The translations under genes were made by a program, and so were the position numbers. Below, one piece after another: positions 50,336 through 63,499 of a stretch of DNA of 64,000 nucleotides; within the stretch, counting starts at the first letter, position 1, and each line of letters opens with the position of its first letter. Origin of the DNA: Octopus sinensis (taxonomy: Eukaryota); assembly GCF_006345805.1 (NCBI RefSeq), contig NC_042999.1, forward strand, positions 148,428,001 to 148,492,000, read 5' to 3'. The notes under the pieces are model-generated. The model was given only the letters and a program-made list of their open reading frames with translations. It was not told the DNA's origin and did not search any database.

Positions 50336-51032
50336 CAGTGGTGGCTCGTAGATAAAATTAGTGGGGGTGCCGCTTCTGAAAATTTTTAGCCTATGTTTTA
50401 ATACTGTGTAAAAGGAACAAACATATAAAAAGAAAACTTACATATAAACTTGATCAGTTCGTGATTTAGCCACTGCCAGGTAGTGTGTTTCATTTGTTCA
50501 CTGAACACTGTCACAAATTCCCCCTTGTTTTTCTAAAATCCCCCCATAATTACAAAATTAAGTGTGGTGGAGGAAATGTACCCTATTTTTCAAATCCTGG
50601 CAGCAACACTGAAGCTGAAAGCAAGATAATAATATAATTCTACACTTTATCACATTAAAGAATATAAACACGATTTTAAGCACAACACACGTGGAGTCAA
50701 AAAGAAACACAACCGTTCACCTGGAAATATCATTCACGCAGTACTCTCACTCCCTTGTATGATGCTTCTTACCTTGAACATGTGAGCATACGCACAACAG
50801 CCAAACACCACGTTGCTGGAACTGTGAAGTGCACAGTTCTATACAAGGATTTTTGTATTTCTTTCATAAACTAGAGGATGGCTACTGACATTAAGCATAA
50901 GGATTATATAATGTACATGTATAAAGAAAGAATTAAAGAAAAAAGGACTCATTATATTGAATGTTATCAATAATATTGAGAGGAAATAGGGGGTGCTGCA
51001 GTTCCACAGTTCCTATATATGAGAGTTCACTG
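50336..51032. mobile_element. hAT-like MITE
   Basis: cagtggtggctc / gagttcactg termini, with a degenerate 8-bp TSD (atttggag / ctatggag). Confidence 0.45.
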
Positions 51033-51504
51033 CTATGGAGACAAAGCCAAACAATTTCTTTTCCATTTCAGAGAGGCTTCAGGATTGGAGGATGACTTGA
51101 AAGCAATTTCATGTGTCTCTTCTCTCAACAAATATTTGCCTGCTTTTAATTTCTTTCGTTTTCTTAACTAAATATTATTTACCTATATTTTCCTTAAATA
51201 TTTTCTTAACTAAATATTCCTTCTGTAACTCAAAGTGAAGTATTCGCTTTGGTTTCCTTTCTATTTTAATCGAATACTGTTTTGTAATACTTTTACTCTT
51301 TACTTTTTTACTTGTTTCAGTCATTTGACTGTGGCCATGCTGGAGCACCGCCTTTAGTCGAGCAAATCGACCCCAGGACTTATTCTTTGTAAGCCTAAAA
51401 CTTATTCTATCGGTCTCTTTTGCCGAACCGCTAAGTTACGGGGACGTAAACACACCAGCATCGGTTGTGAAGCGATGTTGGGGGGGACAAACACAGACAT
51501 ACAA

Positions 51505-51593
<89 letters not shown>

Positions 51594-52047
51594 TACGACG
51601 GGCTTCTTTCAGTTTCTGTCTACCATATCCACTCACAAGGCTTTGGTCGGCCTGAGGCTGTAGTAGAAGACCCTTGTCCAAGGTGCCACATAGTGGGACT
51701 GAACCCGGAAGCATGTGGTTGGTAAGCAAGCTACTTACAACACAGCCACTCTTGTGCCTATTTTAATGTCTATTAAAATCACAAGAAATTATTTTCACAA
51801 AGAATTCACAAAAGTTTTCCTGAAGGACCTACAACAAACAGGAAGGAATTTTCCCATTAGTCATTGAATTTTTACTTTCTACTTTCATACTTTACTGCTC
51901 ATTCTTTCTCCTTTCCTTTGACTCATTTTCTTTTGCAATGCGATAGGCTTGATTTTCAAAGCACAAATATGTGACTGTTCTCAAAGGACAAAACAAAAAC
52001 TTGCGATATAAGAGTGTCAACTGTAAACTAACACAAAAAAGAAAAAT

Positions 52048-52086
<39 letters not shown>

Positions 52087-53589
52087 CTGACTGATTGACA
52101 GACAGACTCAGAAAGCAAGACAGTCAGACAGAGAAGTCAAGATAAACAGGCTCTGGTGGTCATCTCAAAAAAAAATTATCAAATGTGTAGAAAACAATAA
52201 TGGATTAGTGTGCAATGCAACATTTCTAGTCCTTCAAATGCACCATGGATTAGCTATCCATGAAATAGAAGCTGGCTTATGTTGTGAACATTAACTGGTG
52301 GTTGTTCAGTTTATGTACATAATAACAAAATTAAACTTTCATTTTTGCTTACCACAAAAGCTGTCAGTTGCACAAAAGGCAGGATGCCATGAAAAGAATG
52401 CCAAGGCATTTGTTATGTAAAACACATGATTGTCTTTCTCAATAATATCATTATTGTTGTTAATGGAGTCCTCTTATAGATCTGCTGAGTCTGTCATAAA
52501 CCCAAAGGTGGCTACTTTTGCACAAATCATGCCATCTTAGTTTGAGACCCCCTTCGGTCACGACACAGACCATGGGATTGCACCTAGAAAGTTACCTTCC
52601 CAGGCACAAGTCCAGTCAAGGTTGTTTATGGAAGACCAGCAGTCGCCCATGCATACCGGCCTCCCCTCTCCATGCCACTAGTGTTATCCAAGGGAAAGGC
52701 AAAGGCCGATACAATTTGGCACCTGTGATGTCGCAACTCATTTCTACAGCTAGTGAACTGGAGCAACGTGAAATAAAGTGTCTTGCTCAAGAACACAACA
52801 CGCAGCCTGGTCTGGGATTTTAACTCACAACCTCGCGATCGTAAGCTCGACGCTCTAACCACTGAGCCATACGCCTTCACAAGCCATCTTAGTATCTAGG
52901 ACATTAATACATAATATCAGTTACATAATACAGAAAGCAGGAAGTTTGTAGAGATAGCTTTAAGAAAATGTAAAGTGTCAAGTTTTAACTTTATGTTGCA
53001 CATATTTAGTAGCTATGAAATGCAGGATACAATGCAGAATACAAAGCAGTATTATGCACACCAGCAAATGAGATCAAAAAGTTACGAAGCAAACATACTA
53101 TCCAGTAATTTTCAAAATACCATTTGAAAATACTATTTGATTAAGTTGTATTATCACAAAAAAATTTGAAATTAATGATTGACCTAATTTTTTCCAAGTT
53201 TGTCTTTATTATATTTTCCCAGATGGATGGTTTTTTGTTGGATCAATTACTAAGCACACTACTTAGTGTTAACCACTCAGATACAGTGTAAAGAGTAAAG
53301 CCTATCTTATGTTAAGCAAATTGGAAGTAAGTTATTTGATCAGAAATAGCTGTGAAACCTTCTTTGTCTTAAATAGGGAAATAAATGCATGTATCAAGAA
53401 TACATTATAATTTAGTTGTGCATACATTATAGAATAGTCCTGCATACACTATACTTTAAACAAAGATGGAACGATCACTCTCTAGACATCTTTAATAATA
53501 GTTTTACTCAGTACTGAGCTGGGTTAAACAATAACAGCAATGTCCTAGTACATTGGTTGTCAGTAATAGGGTTTGAACTCATGACATTG

Positions 53590-53597
53590 TGTGTGTA

Positions 53598-53650
<53 letters not shown>

Positions 53651-55865
53651 ATGTTTGTATGTATGAATATCATTATTCAGTTTATTCCAAAATATTTTTG
53701 CCAATAGTTAAACAACCGGTTTCTAACCTAGATATAATAATAATAATAATAATAATAATGAAATTATTGTATACAGTGCTCAGGTGCACCACAACTTGTC
53801 AGAAAGTGTGTATAAAGCATATGCAGTAATGTACAAATGTCTGGAAAGCGAACAATGCATGAGTCAGATACATGCTTGTGTGTGTATGGAGGGGAGAAAA
53901 TCAGGTGTAGTGTTGGCGAATCTCAGAAAGCATCCGATCATGGCCATTGCCAGCCTTGTCTGGCACCTGTGCTGGTGGCACGTAAAAAGCACCCACTACA
54001 CTCATGGAGTGGTTGGCATTAGGAAGGGCATCCAGCCGTAGAAACATTGCCAGATCAGACTGGGCCTGGTGCAGCCTTCTGGCTTCCCAGACCCCAGTTG
54101 AACCATCCAACTGGTTGAAGTCCTTTATTTTCGGCTGAAAAGAGGTTGTCACAGTTTTAGGACAGCACTCTTCACCCTATGAGATGACATCTGGTGTACC
54201 ACAGGGATCTGTTCTTGGCCCCTTTTATTTGTTGCATATGTTAATGACATAGATGCCAACTTAAAGAATGCCACAGTGCTGAAATATGCAGATGACATCA
54301 AGCTGTACCTCGAAATAAATAGGTCAGATCCTCCTGTACACTATAGATCTCTATTGCAAGCAGACCTGGACACAATGCAGCAGTGGATCATGGACCACTA
54401 TTTGACAACTGATGTTAGTTTATTTATTTCTTTTTAACTTAGCAGTGCAGCAAAGGAAACTGATAAAATATGCACGAGGCTTAAAAAATAAGTACTGGGT
54501 GAATTAGTTCGACTAAAAATTTTTCTTGGCAGTAGTCCAGCATGGCCACAGTCTAATGACTGAAACAGTTAGAAAGTGTGTGTAGTGTTGTGGGTGTCTG
54601 TGTGTGTGTGTATATGTGTGAGTGTGTGGTGTCTGTGAGTGTGTTGTGTGGTGTGTTGAGGTGTGATGAGTGTTGTGTGGGTGTGCGTTGTGTGTGTGGT
54701 AAATGTATGTATGTGTGTGTGTGTGTGTGTGTGTATACATGTTTGTATGTATGATATCATTATTCAGTTTATCCAAAATATTTTGCAATAGTAAGAATGG
54801 TGATATAATAATAATAATAATAATAATAATGAAATTATTGTATACAGTGCTCAGGTGCACCACAACTTGTCAGAAAGTGTGTATAAAGCATATGCAGTAA
54901 TGTACAAATGTCTGGAAAGCGAACAATGCATGAGTCAGATACATGCTTGTGTGTGTATGGAGGGGAGAAAATCAGGTGTAGTGTTGGCGAATCTCAGAAA
55001 GCATCCGATCATGGCCATTGCCAGCCTCGTCTGGCACCTGTGCTGGTGGCACGTAAAAAGCACCCACTACACTCATGAAGTGGTTGGCATTAGGAAGGGC
55101 ATCCAGCCGTAGAAACATTGCCAGATCAGACTGGGCCTGGTGCAGCCTTCTGGCTTCCCAGACCCCAGTTGAACCATCCAACTGGTTGAAGTCCTTTATT
55201 TTCGGCTGAAAAGAGGTTGTCACAGTTTTAGGACAGCACTCTTCACCCTATGAGATGACATCTGGTGTACCACAGGGATCTGTTCTTGGCCCCCTTTTAT
55301 TTGTTGTATATGTTAATGACATAGATGCCAACTTAAAGAATGCCACAGTGCTGAAATATGCAGATGACATCAAGCTGTACCTCGAAATAAATAGGTCAGA
55401 TCCTCCTGTACACTATAGATCTCTATTGCAAGCAGACCTGGACACAATGCAGCAGTGGATCATGGACCACTATTTGACAACTGATGTTAGTTTATTTATT
55501 TCTTTTTAACTTAGCAGTGCAGCAAAGGAAACTGATAAAATATGCACGAGGCTTAAAAAATAAGTACTGGGTGAATTAGTTCGACTAAAAAATTTTCAAG
55601 GCAGTAGTCCAGCATGGCCACAGTCTAATGACTGAAACAAGTTAGAAAGTGTGTGTATGTGAGTGTGTGTGTGTGTGTGTGTATATGTGTGAGTGTGTGT
55701 GTTGTGTCTGTGTGAGTGTGTGTTGTGTGTGTGTGTTGTGTGTGTGTGTGAATGTGTGTGTGTGTGTGTGAGTGTGCGTTGTGTGTGAATGAGTGAATGT
55801 GTGTGTGTGTGTGAGTGTGTGTGTGAGTGTGTGAGTGTGTGTGTGTATGTGTGTGTGAGTGTCTA
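53590..55865. repeat. Tandem duplication with a unit of about 1071 bp bounded by GT-rich tracts
   Basis: ORF pairs 53784/54855 and 53901/54972 are offset by exactly 1071 nt, with only a few substitutions and indels in the core. Confidence 0.9.
55182..55467 (+). mobile_element. CR1 RT internal fragment (duplicate at about 54111-54395)
   Basis: ORF 55255: MTSGVPQGSVLGPLLF..YVNDID...KYADDIKLY. Confidence 0.9.
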
Positions 55866-56970
55866 TTATTCTTGATGTTGCATGATAGCTGCAAGCAAAC
55901 ACCATCATCTTACAAGCAGTGTCTTTTGTGTCCAATCTTTCACTAAAACATGTCTGGCCACGGCAAAATATTAGCCTTGCTTGGAAAGAGATGAGTGTTA
56001 GTGACTGGAAGGGCATCCAGCCATAGAAAATATGTCTTAATAAACTTAATCTGACCCATACAATGAAATATTGATTTCAAATTTTGGCACAAGGCCAACA
56101 GGTTCAAAGGAAGGGAGGGAGTAGGTTGATTATATCGACCCCAGTGTTCAATTGGTATGTATATTATCAATGCCAAAAGGAAGAAAAACAAAGTCTACCT
56201 AGGTGGAATTTGAACTCAGAACATGGAAACGGATGAAATGCCACAAAGTGTTTGGTCCAGCATGGAAATAATTCTGCTAGCTCGCTGCTTTCATGCAATG
56301 GAAAATTCTTTTCTACTCTAGGAAATTTTTGGCGAGGGTGCCAGTCGATTAGATTGACCCCAATATGCAACTGGTACTTAATTTATCGACCCCCAAAGGA
56401 TGAGAGTAAAATCAACCTCAGCGGAATTTGAACTCAGAATGTAAAGACAGACAAAATACCTATTTCTTTACTGCCCTCAAGGGGCTAAATACAGAGAGGA
56501 CAAACAAGGACAGACAAACGGATTAAGTCGATCATATCGACCCCAGTGCATAACTGGTACTTATTTAATCGACCCCGAAAGGATGAAAGGCAAAGTCGAC
56601 TTCAGCAGAACTTGAACTCAGAACGTAAAGACAGACAAAATACTGCTAAGCATTTCACCCGGCATGCTAATGTTTCTTCCAGCTCACCGCCTTCATGCAA
56701 TGAAATATTAAAACAATGATGTTGATTATGTTTTTGTTTTTTTTTTAATTAGGTTTATGACTTTAGATAAGATAATTAAGATACATCAAATTTTAGGCAG
56801 AAGTTAACTGTCTTATTAATAGCATTATTTTATCTTAACCAAGACCTTGAATAATTTGGCTTTGTGAAAAGTTAAACACTTCCTACTTAATTACCTTGTT
56901 GAATCAGAGAATAGGAAGAGTGGTTTGTTTCATGAAGTACTTTACAAATACACAAACACACGCGTGCACG

Positions 56971-57008
<38 letters not shown>

Positions 57009-57069
57009 AGAGGCATGTGTACTTGTGTTAAAAACAATGTGAGAAAATATACAATACATAAAGCTATAT

Positions 57070-58965
57070 CATCATTATCATCATCATCATTATTTTGTAT
57101 CCACTTTCCATGCTGGCATGGGTTAAACGGTTTGACTGGAACTGGTAAATCAGAAGGCTGCACCAAATTCCAGTCTGATTTATCATGTGCCAGCAGTACA
57201 AGTGTTATTTACATGACACCAGCAATGTCTATGATTATGGTTTCACTTGGCTTGATAAGTCTTCTCAAGCATAGTATATCACCAAAGGCCTCAGTCACTA
57301 GTCATTACTTCCATAAGGTCGAGTATGCAAAGAGCATGCTTCACCACCTTGTCCCATGTCTTCCAGGGTCTAGCTCTTCCACAGTTACAGATTGACACTT
57401 CTTTACACAGCTGTTCTCATCCATACACATCACATGATGATGCCAGTGCATTCGTCTCTCTTGCACACCACATCTGATGCCTCTTATGCCCAGTTTTTCT
57501 CTCAAGACACTTACATTCTGTCACTCATGCACACTGACATTGCACACCCAGTGACGCATACTAGCTTCATATCTTTCAAGCCTTTGTATGTCCTCAGCAG
57601 TCATAGGCCATGTTTCACTGCCATGGAGCATGGCTGTTTGCACACAGCCAACATACAGTCTGCCTTTCTTCATGAGGAAGAGACCCTTTCTTACCAACAG
57701 AGGTAAAAGCTCTCTAAACTTAGCTCAGCCTCTTCTTATTCTAGCAGCCACACTCTTGGAACATCTGCCTCCACTACTGACTTAGTCACTTAGATAATGG
57801 AATCTATCAACCACTTCTAGCTTTCCCTGCTGGCATTTTTGTACATTTGTAGTGTTTATTGTATCTGTACATCTGCTACACACAAAGACTATTTTCCCTG
57901 TTAACTTTCCTCTGATATTGCTGCAACACTTATGCATCCATAGCTTGCACTGGGAACATCTTATGGAGTTTCTACTGATGTTTTTTCTACATATCAAGCA
58001 GGGCCATCTACCTGAAGGGATTTGTGATTTGTCTGTCTTCCTACTTACTAAGACTTTGGTTTTTGCTAGGTTAACTCTAAGACCCTTTGATTCTAGACCT
58101 TGCTTCCACATCTGGAATTTCTTCTCTAGTTCTGGTTGTAAATCAGCTATAAGAACAAGGTCACCAGCATAGAGACGTTCCCAGGAGCAGGCTGACTTAA
58201 ATTCCTCTGTTACTGCCTGGAAGACTATGATGAACAAGAGGAGGCTGAGGAATGATCCTTGGTGAACACCTTCTTGTACCCAGAATTCATCGCTATACTT
58301 GTTGTCGACCCTCACCTTACTGATAGAATCCCTGTACATGTCTTGTACAGCTCTCACCAACTACTCATCTATTCCTAGCTTCTGCATTGATAAGAGAGCA
58401 AAGTACTCTGTCCAAGGCTTTTCCATGTTGACAAAAGCCAAATACAGAGGTTTATTTTTGGCTAAGTACTTCTCCTGCAGATGCCTTAACAGGGATATAG
58501 TATCACTGGTGCTTCTTCTTGGCACAAAACCAAATTGCATCTCATCTAGACTAACTCACTTCCTAATTAGTTGAGCTATGGTCTTCTCTCATCATCTGGC
58601 CCAACTGTTTGATACCTCTGTAATTATTTCTGTCTAAGGCATTACCTTTATCTTTTTAGCATTTGACTATGGTGCTGCTACACCAGTCATTGGGTAGACT
58701 CCCTTGTGGACAATCTGATTAACTATACAGGTGACTCGACCATAACTCACACCACCAGATATTTTATGCATCTCAGCAGCTATTCCTAATAAGCCAGGGG
58801 CTTTCCCTGTCTTCATATCCTTCTTAGCTTTATCTACCAAGTTACTGTCTATTTGGATTGCTGGTCCCTTTGTTAGATCCATATTAGGCACACTCTCCTT
58901 CTTCCATAAGTTCTCTACATCAAGTAGCCTTTTATAGTGGCATTTCTGAGCTTCTTTCTTTGTAG
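57070..58965 (-). mobile_element. Decayed 5'-truncated RTE LINE
   Basis: ORFs 58667..59014 and 57782..58360 (GVHQGS.LS.LLF, LYAGDL, PHD-like finger); 3' UTR and (GAT)n tail near 57070. Confidence 0.9.
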
Positions 58966-59085
58966 AGTCGCTGCAAGTGAACCATTCATTCATGCAAACA
59001 CATTTCTCTCCCACAACATAATTTTCCCTGGCACAGTCTTATAAACCGAAACACTTCAAGCCACTGGTCCTCACCTGGCAGAACA

Positions 59086-59124
<39 letters not shown>

Positions 59125-59126
<2 letters not shown>

Positions 59127-59590
59127 CATCATCATCGTTTAATGCCCGCTTTCCATGCTAGCATGGGTTGGACGATTTGACTGAGGTCTGGCGAACCAGA
59201 TGGCTGCACCAGGCTCCAATCTGATCTGGCAGAGTTTCTACAGCTGGATGCCCTTCCTAACGCCAACCACTCCGAGAGTGTACTGGGTGCTTTTATGTGC
59301 CACTGGCACGAGGGCCAGTCAGGCAGTACTGGCAATGGCCATGCTCAAGTGGTGTTTTTTACGTGCCACCTGCACAGGAGCCAGTCCAGCGACAGTGGCA
59401 ACGACCTCGCTCGAATGTTTTTCATGAGTCACTGGCACAAGTGCCAGTAAGACGATGCTGGTAACGATCACGTTTGAATGGTGCTTTTTACGTGCCACCG
59501 GCATGGAAGCCAGTCGGATGGTTCTCTTAGCGCTCCACTGGCACGGGAGCCAGTCATCGAATTTGCGAATTTGATTTGATTTCAATTTCA
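59125..59590 (-). mobile_element. Isolated RTE 3' UTR / RTE-dependent short element (at least 15 copies, e.g. 1380, 10900, 12035, 13915, 28118, 35700, 39655, 46505)
   Basis: Shared ...ttaggaagggcatccagctgtagaaac...catgctagcatggaaa.cggacgttaaa(tga)n, matching the 3' end of the RTE at 40660-42525. Confidence 0.85.
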
Positions 59591-60430
59591 CATCGAAGTG
59601 TACAGTATTATATATCCATTACAGCCAATCTTACCAATTGGTTTCACACGAGGAGATGAACAGGGTGTTAAATAACATCTCAATTATTTAACCCTGAGTT
59701 CTTCAGAGATGTCAGTTATGGAAGAAAATATAGCGACTGCTTTCTATTGTTGGAGTTTAAAAGACACATCTGGTTAAGTAGTTGCTGTGAAAGACGACAA
59801 AATGAACAAGCAAGTGTTCAATTAAGAGTTATGTCCCTTGGCACAAAAAAATCCTGGGGGTGTTGGAAGACAAAAGCTTGCATCCAAACCACACACTTCC
59901 GGATTTAGTCCGACTGCATGGCACCTGAGACAAGTGTCCTCTACTATAGCCAAGGGCCATCCAAAGTCTTGTGAGTGGTTTCGGTAGACAGACACAGAAA
60001 AAAAGCCCATCATGTACAATATATTAGGAGCACTCAGTTGGTTACAACGAGGGTCCCAGCTGATACGATCAACGGAAATTAGCGTGCAAGTGGCTGACCA
60101 CTCCAAAGACACATGTACCCTTAAAGCAGTTCTCATGGGGAGATTCAGCGTGACACAGAGTATGACAGGGCTGGCCCTTTGAAATACAGGTACTACACAT
60201 TTTTGCCAGCTGAATGGACTGGAGCAACATGAAATAAAGTGTCTTGCTGAAGGACATAATGTGTCGCTGGGAATTGAACTCACGACCTTACGATTCTGAG
60301 CTGAATGCCCAAACCACTAAACCGTGTGCCTTCACATGTGTCTGTGGAATGCTCAGCCACTTGCACGTTAATTTCACAAGCAAGTTGTTCCGTTGATCAG
60401 CTGGGACCCTCGTTGTTGTAACTGAGTGCT

Positions 60431-60475
<45 letters not shown>

Positions 60476-60562
60476 TATTCGAGACAAAACCACTATTTTG
60501 CAAAACAAACAAGGAAAGACTTAATCAATACATAAAATTTTAATAAATAGTCAAAAAAACCG

Positions 60563-60605
60563 CCACTACAATCGTTTCTTGTCTTGATCGACAATCTTCA
60601 GGTGG
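60563..60605 (-). ncRNA. Type I hammerhead ribozyme motif (left arm of palindrome)
   Basis: ccac-CTGAAGA-ttgtc-gatcaa-gacaa-GAAAC-gatt-GTA-gtgg; the core is intact. Confidence 0.8.
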
Positions 60606-60665
60606 ACTTCCAATAATTCAGTGTCAAATTATGCACTTCATAATTTGACACTGAATTATGGAAGT

Positions 60666-60708
60666 CCACCTGAAGATTGTCGATCAAGACAAGAAACGAT
60701 TGTAGTGG
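60666..60708 (+). ncRNA. Type I hammerhead ribozyme motif (right arm of palindrome)
   Basis: Identical to the minus copy: core 60670-60676, stem II 60677-60692, GAAA 60693-60696, GUA 60702-60704. Confidence 0.8.
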
Positions 60709-61025
60709 CGGTTTTTTTGACTATTTATTAAAATTTTATGTATTAAGTCTTTCCTTGTTTGTTTTGCAAAATAGTGGTTTTGTCTCGAATAATATTTTAT
60801 AATATTTTACTATAAAATCGATTTAATCCTAAATCTGATTTTTTCCCTGTAAATTTGGATTTATTCCCTAATATTTATTATTATATATATATATATATAT
60901 ATGTTCAACGTTTTTTTTTATGTCCTGTAACCAAATATGCATGTATATATACATATATGTATGTATATATGCATATTATTTCATTTATATTGTTATATGA
61001 TCGAACACCAGTCATCCTTTTCCAA

Positions 61026-61066
<41 letters not shown>

Positions 61067-61084
61067 AAATAAAACAAAACTATA

Positions 61085-61625
61085 GATCTCTGCTTCAACC
61101 AGTTTATTTCCCAGACCTTGCTCTACTCACCAATCACTTTTGCAAGCATCTTAATAATTTCCTGCAGAAGAAGGTCTTTAACAATCAGATAACATCTGAA
61201 AATGCCTTTGAAGAACTCATCACTTCTAGTACTCCAGAATTTTGTTTTCTTTTAATCGAGACATCATCCAGTCGGGCTGATTGCCCCTGCCAGCCTAACT
61301 ATCTCTCTCCATCCCTCCCGATCTTCCATTAGTGTTCTTAGGTCTTCAACGTGTCATCCAACGTCTGCAAGCTGTTGTATATACGTCTTTCATGGTCTTC
61401 CAGCCGCTGTGGTACCATGATTTGGTGTCCATAGCAACACATTACTCACAAGTTCTTTACTTCTCCAGCAGTGGCCAGAATTTTAAGTTACTGAAATAAA
61501 AGGATTTGTTTCTTGTTGGCAAAAATATGTAGATTTTTGATGGTTTTTACTTTTAGTTAATAAAATTTATTTTGGACTTAGATATTAAAATATTATTACT
61601 TTAAAAGTGATGATTAAAAACTATA
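61085..61625 (+). mobile_element. mariner C-terminal remnant with a nested RTE 3' fragment (61244-61474, minus strand)
   Basis: QPVYFPDLA...HF.KHL.NFLQ.K.FNNQ...ENAFEE resumes as F.SCWQK.VD after the insert. 10-bp TSD ccagaatttt at 61234-61243 and 61475-61484. Confidence 0.75.
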
Positions 61626-62488
61626 GTTATTTTATAACATTAACCAAGTAACCTGATGTGAGTGTGTGTGTGTTTGTGTGAAGAAGCTCATCTATGTTCC
61701 AGACTTTCTCTCTTCTAGTTTTGTAATGTTGTGTATATCTTTTATCTTTTACTCATTTCAGTCATTAGGATGTGGCCATGCTGGGGCACTGCCTTCAAGA
61801 ATTTTTAGTCAAAACAATCAACACCAGTATCTGTAGTCTTTTTTTAAAGCCTAGTACTTATTCTTTCAATCTCTTTTACCAAACAACTAAGTTATGAGGA
61901 TGTAAATACACTGACACTGGTTGTCAAGCAGTGGTGGGGACAAACAGACACATACACATCAATATATATATATGATGGGCTTCTTACAGTTTCCATCAAT
62001 CAAATCCACACACAAAGTTTTGGTTGGCCCAAAGGTGCCACATAGTAGGACTGAACCTGGAACCATATGGTTGGGAAGCAAACTTCTTACCACACAGCTA
62101 TATGTACATTTCATAAGATATTGACTGACTGGTCATTCACCTTCTTGCCTTCTCTCAGATCTTTTTTGAAAGCTCAGAAATATACATGCATGTTGTGCCA
62201 AACATTTAATTTTCTATTGAATAAGTTCAACTTTTCCAGTGAATGTGTGAGTGAGAGATGATAAATGGAACCTTGGTTGGAAGGAAGTTCACAAATGTTA
62301 GGAAAGAAAATTCTGCCATTGCTTTTTAAAGAAATATGTTTGTATTTCTTGTATTTTTAATATATGTGAAATGTATGATGCTGTATATTAAAGGCAAAAT
62401 ACTTCCTAAAAAAACAAATTGAAGCTTTTTGATCTACACAAACACAAACATGCAATACATATATGAATGCATTTGTGTGCATGTTTAA

Positions 62489-62708
62489 CCCTTCATTACT
62501 GTATTTATTTTAAGAAGCTCTGTGTTTCTTTCAATTACTTTAAATATGACAAAGAATTTAGTAAAATAACTTAGTTATCATTCAGCTAGTATTAGGAACA
62601 TAAATTGTGACTAAAGTTTGGTGGAAGATTTTGATTCAAAACTTATGAAAACAAGACATCTGTACTAAAGAGCCAGAGCCGGTTTCAGCTGGGTTGGTAA
62701 CGAAAGGG
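62489..62708 (-). mobile_element. piggyBac-type MITE, second full copy
   Basis: TTAA|CCCTTC...AAAGGG|TTAA; reverse-complement homologue of 10088-10310. Confidence 0.8.
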
Positions 62709-63499
62709 TTAATGTTGGATAGCCTTGATGCAGCTGACCCGTGATCTTTTTAACCATCACCAAACTGTTTTTATTCAAACTGCTTCTTAAATTAAATTTG
62801 AGAGATTTGGTTGTTGTTTCTAGCTGGTCAAGCAACCACTTAGATACCCTCACTGATTGCTTTTTGTGTATTTGGTGAATGACATGCTGACAGGCGTGTA
62901 CTTAGGGCACCAAAGAATGTGAGCATGACAAATGGTTAATTTTAAAAGTAAGTTTTTAAAAACAATGCAATTTGTGTTTTTACCTGTTTCCTTAATTATA
63001 AGTAAAAACATTGCTTATATTGTTTGTTTTAAATAATATAATAAAAAAAAAACAGTATATGTAATTGTGAATGGAAAAAATCTGAATCTATGACCTTGTA
63101 ATTTGACACACAGCACTTATATTTTAGGTTTTATCAGTTATTCAATGAAAAAGTCAAGGAGGCATTGTTCGTTAAGGCCACCAGTTGACCTGAATCCAGT
63201 TTTGTGAGTTGGAGGATGAGAAGTTAATTGTGGCTTGAGTAGGAAAAGAGTCAATACTTAGGATAAACAAATAACCAGAGCCAACAAAGGAGGCCCTAAG
63301 AAGTCAGTCGATCTACTAGAAATAGTAAACAACAAAAAACTAGAAACGTCAAATGACACCTCTCCATCTTAAAAGGTTATATTGTATGATGTTGTCCTAG
63401 ATACACCATCACTATTTTTAGATTGATTTTTTCCATGCTGACATTGACTGATCAGGTTGTTAAAGTTCAAATTAGTTCTTATTTAGAGTTACTATCCTT

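Larger units (their letters stand above)
60466..60882 (+). mobile_element. Palindromic twin-hammerhead element (Penelope-terminus-like)
   Basis: Arms at about 60466-60633 and 60639-60801 (loop cactt, two small indels), then an extension of about 80 nt; (TA)n on both sides. Confidence 0.8.

Noticed and set aside
50773-50838. Minus-strand 66-nt segment with good AG and GTAAG signals
   Set aside because: It lies inside a hAT-like MITE and none of its frames resembles SH3 or Csk.
52352-52410. Minus-strand MPWHSFHGILPF followed by gtaag, resembling Csk words
   Set aside because: No acceptor and no SH3 consensus; most likely coincidence.
27020-55894. Many ORFs rich in YI, CV, HT or TH repeats
   Set aside because: They are translations of (AT)n, (GT)n and (CA)n microsatellites, not genes.
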